A stretch of DNA of 55,784 bases, taken from Chiloscyllium plagiosum (lineage: Eukaryota). Location: NCBI RefSeq assembly GCF_004010195.1, contig NC_057719.1, forward strand, positions 31,321,304 to 31,377,087, written 5' to 3'. The notes below the pieces were generated by a model, which saw only the letters and a program-made list of their open reading frames with translations, was not told the DNA's origin and made no database searches. Both the position numbers and the translations under genes were made by a program. Positions 48,946 to 55,784 of the stretch are shown here, piece after piece (position 1 is the first letter of the stretch; every line of letters begins with the position of its first letter).

Positions 48946-49754
48946 GCTATTTTAGAGGTACAGCTTTTCTATATTTTTAAAAATGAACATTTGCTATTAA
49001 TTATTTAACTTATTGTTAAATGAAACTTATTTTGATTTAAACAACATTAACTTAATAATAATATGTACGTTTGAATAAGAGGACATGAGAAGTTTTGCAA
49101 TTAAAAAAAAACAGAATCCTGCTTTTAAATATAAAGAGTTACAAGCACAAAGTCAAAGGCTTGCTAAAATTTAATAAAACATTGGCTAAGGCACCAGCTG
49201 GAGTATTGAGTCCAGTTCAGGGCACCACACTTTGTGAACAATGTCAAGATGTTTGAGAGGTGCAAAAGCTGAGGGTATGGGATTTCAGTTACTTGGAGAT
49301 CCGAATTAAGGTTTTTTTTCCTTAGAACTGGGGTCAGTCTGTGATTTGACAAAGGTTTTCAAAATTAATAGGAATTGATTTAGTAAGTAAGGTGAAACTA
49401 TTTCCAGTAGCAGAAGGGTATATGTTTAAGCTGTTACTAGTCCAGAGCAATTGTGCATATTTGTCCATAATATTTGTCCCAGTTGTGGCATAAGGAGAAA
49501 TTGATGGCCCGCTTTGTGGACAGGGAACTGGAAGTCCCAATGGATGGGGTGATGCAGCTGAGGTCTCTCATCTTCCCCTAGGAACAGCAGAGGAGGTGAT
49601 GTCACTAGGTGCTGCCAGTGTGGTCTGAGGTTGCCATCTATGTCAGTGAGATGGCAACCATCAAGAGGAATGAACAATGAAGGTCAATGATCTTATCTCT
49701 GCCAGGCTAAGTGCCACCTTCTCCTACCTCACACTTGGTCTGTCTCAGAATCTG

Positions 49755-49888
49755 GCCTTCTTCTTGAAGAAGGGCTCATGCCCGAAATGTCGATTCTCCT
49801 GCTCCTTGGATGCTGCCTGACCTCTGCGCTTTTCCAGCAACACATTTTCAGCTCTGATCTCCAGCATCTGCAGTCCTCACTTTCCTCT
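49755..49888 (+). mobile_element. Penelope-like terminal repeat (family A) with hammerhead remnant
   Basis: TTGAAGA-A-GGGC-TCAT-GCCC-GAAA-T-GTC followed by the family A tail. Confidence 0.75.
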
Positions 49889-51198
49889 ACTATGGTTACC
49901 ACCTCTTACCAAACTCTTGTGCTATTGCTGTTTGAGTCAAATGCAACATTTTCTCTCAGACACTTCCCAGTCCCCTCAGACCACTATGTGACTTCTGCAG
50001 CCTCCTATTCACTCACTTAGAACACCTCCCTTCCTGCATCAGCACCAATTTTCATCTCACTTATTCCCACTCTTTGTCTCAGTCAAGGAGAAATCAGCTC
50101 CAAATTTCTCTAAGATGGATGGTGGGGTGCCTGACATTTCACTACTCGTCCCTTAATGTAGAGAGAATCTGTCCGTGACTGAAGTGAGTGGTCAACTGGC
50201 TATGCCCAATCTCCTGGACTGATGACAATTAATGTTGAGTTATTATGCTGGCACTCCCTGCCTGAAAGGTGTCTCTCTTGAACTAACTGCAGACTACTTC
50301 CTGTCGACCTTGAGACATGGCCATTTGGTTGAAGCATATTTGATACAAATGCAGCTGGTACATAGCACATATGCCTACAGCAAAGTATCCACTGTCTCAA
50401 TTGTTCACAGCTGATGACCATGAAAAGCTCTCTGGCTTTGTGTCTGCACTAGCTGCAAGGCAAGAAAGGGCTATTAGATTTGGCAAAGACTGTAAAGTGC
50501 AAAAATGCAAGCCAGGGCTCAGATATGGCAAGCATTAAAGTTGGCAAAAAGTAAGAGATTGTGTAAAGAGCCCTTGGATGTATCCTAGTCCAATCCCTGA
50601 GTTGGATGCTACTCTCTGTGTGTAAAATGTCCAGGCTGTAGCATTTTATTGAGGTCTTGGTGTGTTCCAAAGTGCAGTACTGAAGTACAGTGGATGGGAG
50701 AAGTGCCATAATGGTGCAGTGAGGCTGATATATGTTGGATGCCAATGTCAGTATTTTTTGTATGTGTGAGGATGCTGCCCATGAGTGCGCTATGAAATAT
50801 TGGTGTTCAAGATGGTGATCTGGAGGAGCAAGTGGCAAGCTGGAGTTGCTAGGTAACTGCTCTGATTTCATGTCAAGAAATCTTGGCATAAAGTTTCTAT
50901 CTGACAGGTGAAAGAATGAGAAATTGCACATTGATGAGATGTGAAGGAGTAGCAATGAGGATAATCATGAGCAATATTTCTTGCTAATTGGCATCTCGTT
51001 GCTCACTAGAGAGAATCTTGTCTCACCATCCAACACTTGGTTGAAAATTGACTATTTTTGGACTGTTCAGCAAGTTCTCACTGGATTTTATCACCTGTTT
51101 TTTCCTTCCTAACTTTCAGGGGAAGATTCCACTCAATATAACATTAAAAATGCAGACAGTGACTCTGTAAATGTAATAGTACAACAGCTGTTATCTTT

Positions 51199-51633
51199 TG
51201 TTATGGACCAGTCCAAATCCTCGTCAAATATATCAAGGAGATAACCTAGACCCTAACTTTAATCTTATTTAAAGCAAGTGTAAGATACTAAGATGGATTG
51301 GTTACATTACTCAGCTTTAAGCAAAACACCCTTTATTTTTACTCAACTGTTAAAATACAAACAGAAGAAGAAATGGTAAAACTTTACTGGAAAATGTAAC
51401 AGCTTCCCCAACCAACTTTAAAACCCCCTTCAACTGCTGAAAGCTAAACTAAAACCCTGATTCTGTACGAGCCTAAATCTGTCCATTTATGCTGCTTCTA
51501 TTAGTTAAAAACAAAGACCTCAAGCTGATTACTTCATTGGCTTAGAGGAGACAGTTTGTCACTTATGGCTCAAAATCCCTCTTCAAAACCAAACTGGACA
51601 AAATTCAGCTCTCAAAGCCATAGTATCGTGACG
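51199..51633 (-). repeat. 3' LTR of the Gypsy remnant
   Basis: Aligns with 53747-54344 (TTATGGACCAG…CAACTGCTGAAAGCTAAACTAAA…AAAGCCATAGT). Confidence 0.8.
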
Positions 51634-53746
51634 ATTCCCTCCTTATATAAAATGAACCATCGATATGCAAAGATGGCTTCATTTTAAAAACCTTTAATCT
51701 TTCACTATTTAGTACACTACAATACATATACATTACATTGACTGTAAGCATGCAAATATTTCATACTATTTCAATCTATTTCTTCCATCACCAAACACCT
51801 TCATCGTCTTTCATCAAAGTCATGACAACATGTTGACAATTACGTTTCCTCATCCTGCCACGTGTATAATTTTCAAATTAAATGGCTGTAATAATAAATT
51901 TCATTTTAACAGTCTGATATTTTTATCTTTAATATTTTTCCAAAACATTGAGGTTATGATCAGTATATAAAATTATCTCAGACATTTTATGGGCAATGTA
52001 AATATTGAAATGTCACAACACCAACACCAAACTCTGGATTTTCTTCTCAATTGCAGATGTATTTTTGATGTACATTCAACTTTCTGGCAAAATAGTCAAT
52101 AAGCTTTTCTATCTTCACGTCATCCTCTTCCAAGAGTACAGCACCAACACCCCACATCCTTTACATCAGTAGGCACCTTAAAAGGCTTTGCATAATTAGA
52201 TGTGGCTAACACTGGGGCAGTGGTTAACACAGCTTTCAGGCTGCCAAATGCCTTCTGACATTTCTTCCATTGAAATTTTCTGCACTTCTTCAACATGTCT
52301 GTTAGTGATGCAATCACATTGCTAAACTTTGGTACAAATTGCCAATTTAAAACTACTCTGTCCTCAGAATCAGAGCACTTCCCTCTTTGTCAATGGTATG
52401 GGAAACTCCCAAAAAACATTTGTTTTCACATCCTGTGGGGTCATCTGCCCATGTTTGATCATTATGGCTTTGGAACATGATTTGGGAACTCAATGTCAGC
52501 CAGGTTTATCACCAAGCCTGCCTCCTAAAGTTGATAGAACATTTCCGATACTTGCTTCAGATGTTCCTCCCTTGTGTGACTAAAAATCACCAGATTGTCA
52601 ATGTAAATCACACAATTGATATATACAAATGACTTTATTGGTTAGTCATTGAAATGTAGCTGATGCATTTTCAGCATAACTTTAAACTGGTAAAGTTCAT
52701 TTGGTGTCACAAAAACTGAAATTTCCATCATTCTTTTGGATGAAGGTACCTCCCAGTTTCCTTTGAGTAATCTCAGCTTCAAAATATATGTTCCCTGTCC
52801 ACTTTCTCAGTACATTCTTCCAGTTGTGGTATGGATATGAATCAGGTTTCATAACTGTATTGACATTGCGATAGTCAATAATTTGTTGTATACCATGTGG
52901 TTTTGGCACCATCACTCGGGGTGAGCTCTATTTGCTACAACTCACTTTGATTATATTGTCTTTGAGGTTTATTGTTTTCCTTTCCTTTTATTACCTCCTT
53001 TCCACAGTTTTTGTTTTAGTTTTTGCTTAAATTTACCTTCTAAAGAGAGGTCTTTGGTGGGAAGGTGGCTTCAATGGGGTCCAAGGTGGTGTGTCTTCAG
53101 AGGCAGTGTGGCTAAAGAGTTGGCTAAAGAGTTGTGAAGCTTGAAGTGGAACTCTGTGGCAGTAGTGTGGTGTGGACTGGTGAATCCTCATGCGGAATTC
53201 TGGCTATAGAGTGGAGTGGGCTGAAGTCTGAAGAAGGAAAAGTTGGACTGTCATTAAGTTAACTTTCTTTATTTTTTATTTTATTTTAAGTTAATGAGAA
53301 TGATGCAGATTCATGGCAATGGTATAAACTTTTCACGATATTTTATATTGAATATATGTGATAATAAAAGATTCAATTAAATTCAATACCCACATGTCAT
53401 GTGGGTACTTCATTTCATTTGCTTAGCCACTTTCTCAAATGAAATGAAAACAACTTCTAGGTTCCCCATGTCAAACTTTAGTAATGCTTGGACATATTTA
53501 AACAGATTCCCACTAGTTGTTTGGCTACAATAAGTTTGCTCTTCATCACTGGCCCCATCACTATTTCTACCTTTGCCATTTTAAGTCCACTTCCCTTTCT
53601 CAGTGCCAACTTCAGAAGTTCAAAAACTCTCACTTTTTCCATTTCTTTTGCTAGGCCTATCCTTTATTTTTCTTTTTGTTCTGCTGGGGCTATCTTTTCT
53701 TTTTCCTTCCCCTCTCCCCACACCCCTCCCCACACCGGCCAAAGGT

Positions 53747-54344
53747 TATTATGGACCAGACCAAATTCCTTTCAACTTACTAATTTTTATCTTGTTTAAA
53801 GACAAGTGTAAGGTATTGTGTTCCAGATATAATTCAACTGGTTACACTACTCAACTTTAAGTAAAACACACTTTCTTACCCTATAGTTAAAATGAAAGAT
53901 GAATTGGTGTAACCTTAACTTTATTGGAAAACCTAACAGAATAATAGATTATTTACCTAGTAGACAACAAATGTTCCAATAATGTACCATCCCATAAACA
54001 TACCCTTGGCAAAGGCAAAGTCAGTAAAACAGATGGTTTCACATGCAGTTCTGACAGTAGAGAAAAAAACAAAGTTTTTGCTGTGGCAGAGAGATATGTA
54101 ACAGTTTCAACAGCCAACTTCAAAACCACAACAACTGCTGAAAGCTAAACTAAAGCCTTGGTTCTGTGAGAGCCTGACTCTACCTATTCATGCTGCTTCT
54201 TTTATTACTTAAAAAAAAAACCAAGGCTTCACAAGCTGATTACTTTATTGGCTTAGAAGAGACAGCTTGGCATCTATAGCTCAAAACCTTTTTTCAAAAA
54301 GAACTATGGAAAAGTACACCTCTTAAAGCCATAGTTTCATCACA
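53747..54344 (-). repeat. 5' LTR of the Gypsy remnant
   Basis: Starts with TG on the minus strand (54344); aligns with 51199-51633. Confidence 0.8.
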
Positions 54345-54832
54345 CGTTGTACCTTTGGCACTGATGATGAAATGATCTGAGTATTAACAAACATTGAGAG
54401 GAAATAGATGCATTTGCTAACTTTGATCCTGAGAATTTTGAGGGACACTGAGGATGTAGAAAATGACCAGTAAATAATTATAGCAAACATTGTCAATCTA
54501 ATTTAATTAAATTTGAGTTAAGTAGAGCAAGTGAAAGTAAATTCATTGTGAAAATAAGTTAGAAAATGCTTTCAATTATAACATTTAGATTTGTTACAAT
54601 TGTTTCTTAATTTCTTTCTCACAATTGATTAAGTGAACTGTTGAATGAAATTTTTTGGATAGAGGAAATGGTTTGAATAAATGATTTCACACCAGAAGGA
54701 ATATGAATTAAGTGGAATGGTAAAACAGTCCCAAATGTTATAATGAGACAAGTTGTGACTGTCAGCTATTCCCAACTGGCAACAGTTAACATTGGTTGTA
54801 ACCAATCAACTATTACTTTGGAAACAAACCAG

Positions 54833-54930
54833 TTCTGAAGAAGAGTCATACCAGCGTCGAAATGTTAACTCTTTTTTCCTCTCCTCAAAAATAGCCAGAC
54901 CTGTCAAATTTCTTCAGCACTCTGTGTTTG
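54833..54930 (+). mobile_element. Old Penelope-like terminal repeat with decayed hammerhead
   Basis: CTGAAGAAGAGTCATACCAGCGTCGAAATGTTAAC. Confidence 0.45.
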
Positions 54931-55407
54931 TAATCATTGGTTGACTTTCTCTGTCCTAAAAAGTTGTCCTTTTTTATTATCCCATTTCCAATTTTAACAG
55001 GGAATCAGTGAACCCACCCTAATGAATTGATGCATTGGTTATCAGCATGATGGGTGAAATTCTGTAAAACAAGAGAAGAAACTAAAAGATACACTGACCA
55101 TAGGTCAAAATTTCAAATCTTTGTTTGGAAAGCAAAAAAATATCAAATGTTACACAAATCATAAAAATAAACACTTCCTTCACAAAACTTACATATAACC
55201 CAGTTAATCTCCAGGAAATACTTCTCATTAAGATAGTGTGTTTTATTGGAGATGTAGGTTTTCAACTCCTCTAACTCTTGTCACAATCTCCCCAATTGAT
55301 GCTGGGAGCAAGGAAGATGAATGAAGCATACTGGTGTATGAAGAGAGGAAAAAAACAAGGTTCCCCTGAATTGAATGACAGAACATTCTCAATGTGTAAG
55401 CTTCTTT

Positions 55408-55784
55408 TGTTGAAAATCATACAACACCAGGTTATAGTCCAAAGGTTTAATTGGAAGCATACTAGCTTTCGGAGTGTCACTCATTCATCAGGTGATAGTG
55501 GAGAGCTCAATCCTAACACACAGAATTTATAGCAAACATTTACAGTGTGATGTAACTGAAATTATACATTGAAAAATCGATTGTCTGTTAAGTCTTTCAT
55601 CTGTTTGAATGCCATGATTGTTTCACTTCTTTCATGTGTAAATCACAAAACCTTTTTTAAAAAGTTGCATTCTCAGGTTAGCTGTTAACAATGGTGATAG
55701 CTAGACAATATGTTGAAGGTGTTAGCCCCCTGTGTTCTCTGTCTATGCCATGATGTTTAGATTGATTCTAATCTAAAAAGTGAG
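55408..55784 (-). mobile_element. Penelope-like element (family B), longer copy running off the right edge
   Basis: 55408-55492 matches the 40830-40914 arm; minus-strand core cac-CTGATGA-A-TGAGT-GAC-ACTCC-GAAA-G-CTA. Confidence 0.78.

Larger units (their letters stand above)
51199..54344 (-). mobile_element. Degenerate Gypsy/Ty3 LTR retrotransposon with two LTRs
   Basis: Direct repeats 51199-51633 and 53747-54344; PPT-like AAGGAGGGAAT next to the 3' LTR; pol remnants DYRNVN…DSYP and AFGSLKAVLTTAPVL…PFKV.TD. Confidence 0.8.

Noticed and set aside
49440..51130. Possible Harbinger-type remnant and the 168-aa ORF at 50449-50955
   Set aside because: Too degenerate to assign by eye; the ORF has no recognisable domain
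55097..55109. TGACCATAGGTCA palindrome as an oestrogen response element
   Set aside because: Half-sites are everted rather than the AGGTCAnnnTGACCT arrangement; isolated motif with no linked TSS

Overview
Repeat-rich eukaryotic genomic DNA, most likely from a cartilaginous fish (shark), judging by HE1/V-SINEs and abundant CR1-type LINEs. Three spliced host genes can be rebuilt from the sequence. (1) The last three exons of a FAU (FUBI-RPS30) gene on +, with a divergent S30 moiety; its 5' exons appear to lie outside the window and an antisense L1 sits in the upstream intron. (2) A complete 7-exon FKBP3/FKBP25 gene on -, whose last intron is U12-type. (3) A 4-coding-exon alpha-1-antitrypsin-like clade-A serpin on -, with P1-P1' Met-Ser and an unusual P15 Ser. 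The rest is mostly decayed CR1/L2 LINEs, tRNA-derived SINEs, a Gypsy remnant with two LTRs, a ~1 kb GC-rich minisatellite and a 126-bp tandem duplication. The most interesting signal is about ten copies, from at least two families, of Penelope-like terminal repeats carrying minimal hammerhead ribozyme cores (CUGAUGA-A-stem II-GAAA-palindromic stem III-NUH). Several form TSD-flanked fold-back elements with a ~33-35 bp unpaired tail, and their inversion points cluster at the ribozyme core. Nearly all ORFs in the supplied track are TE fragments or spurious. TE boundaries are approximate.
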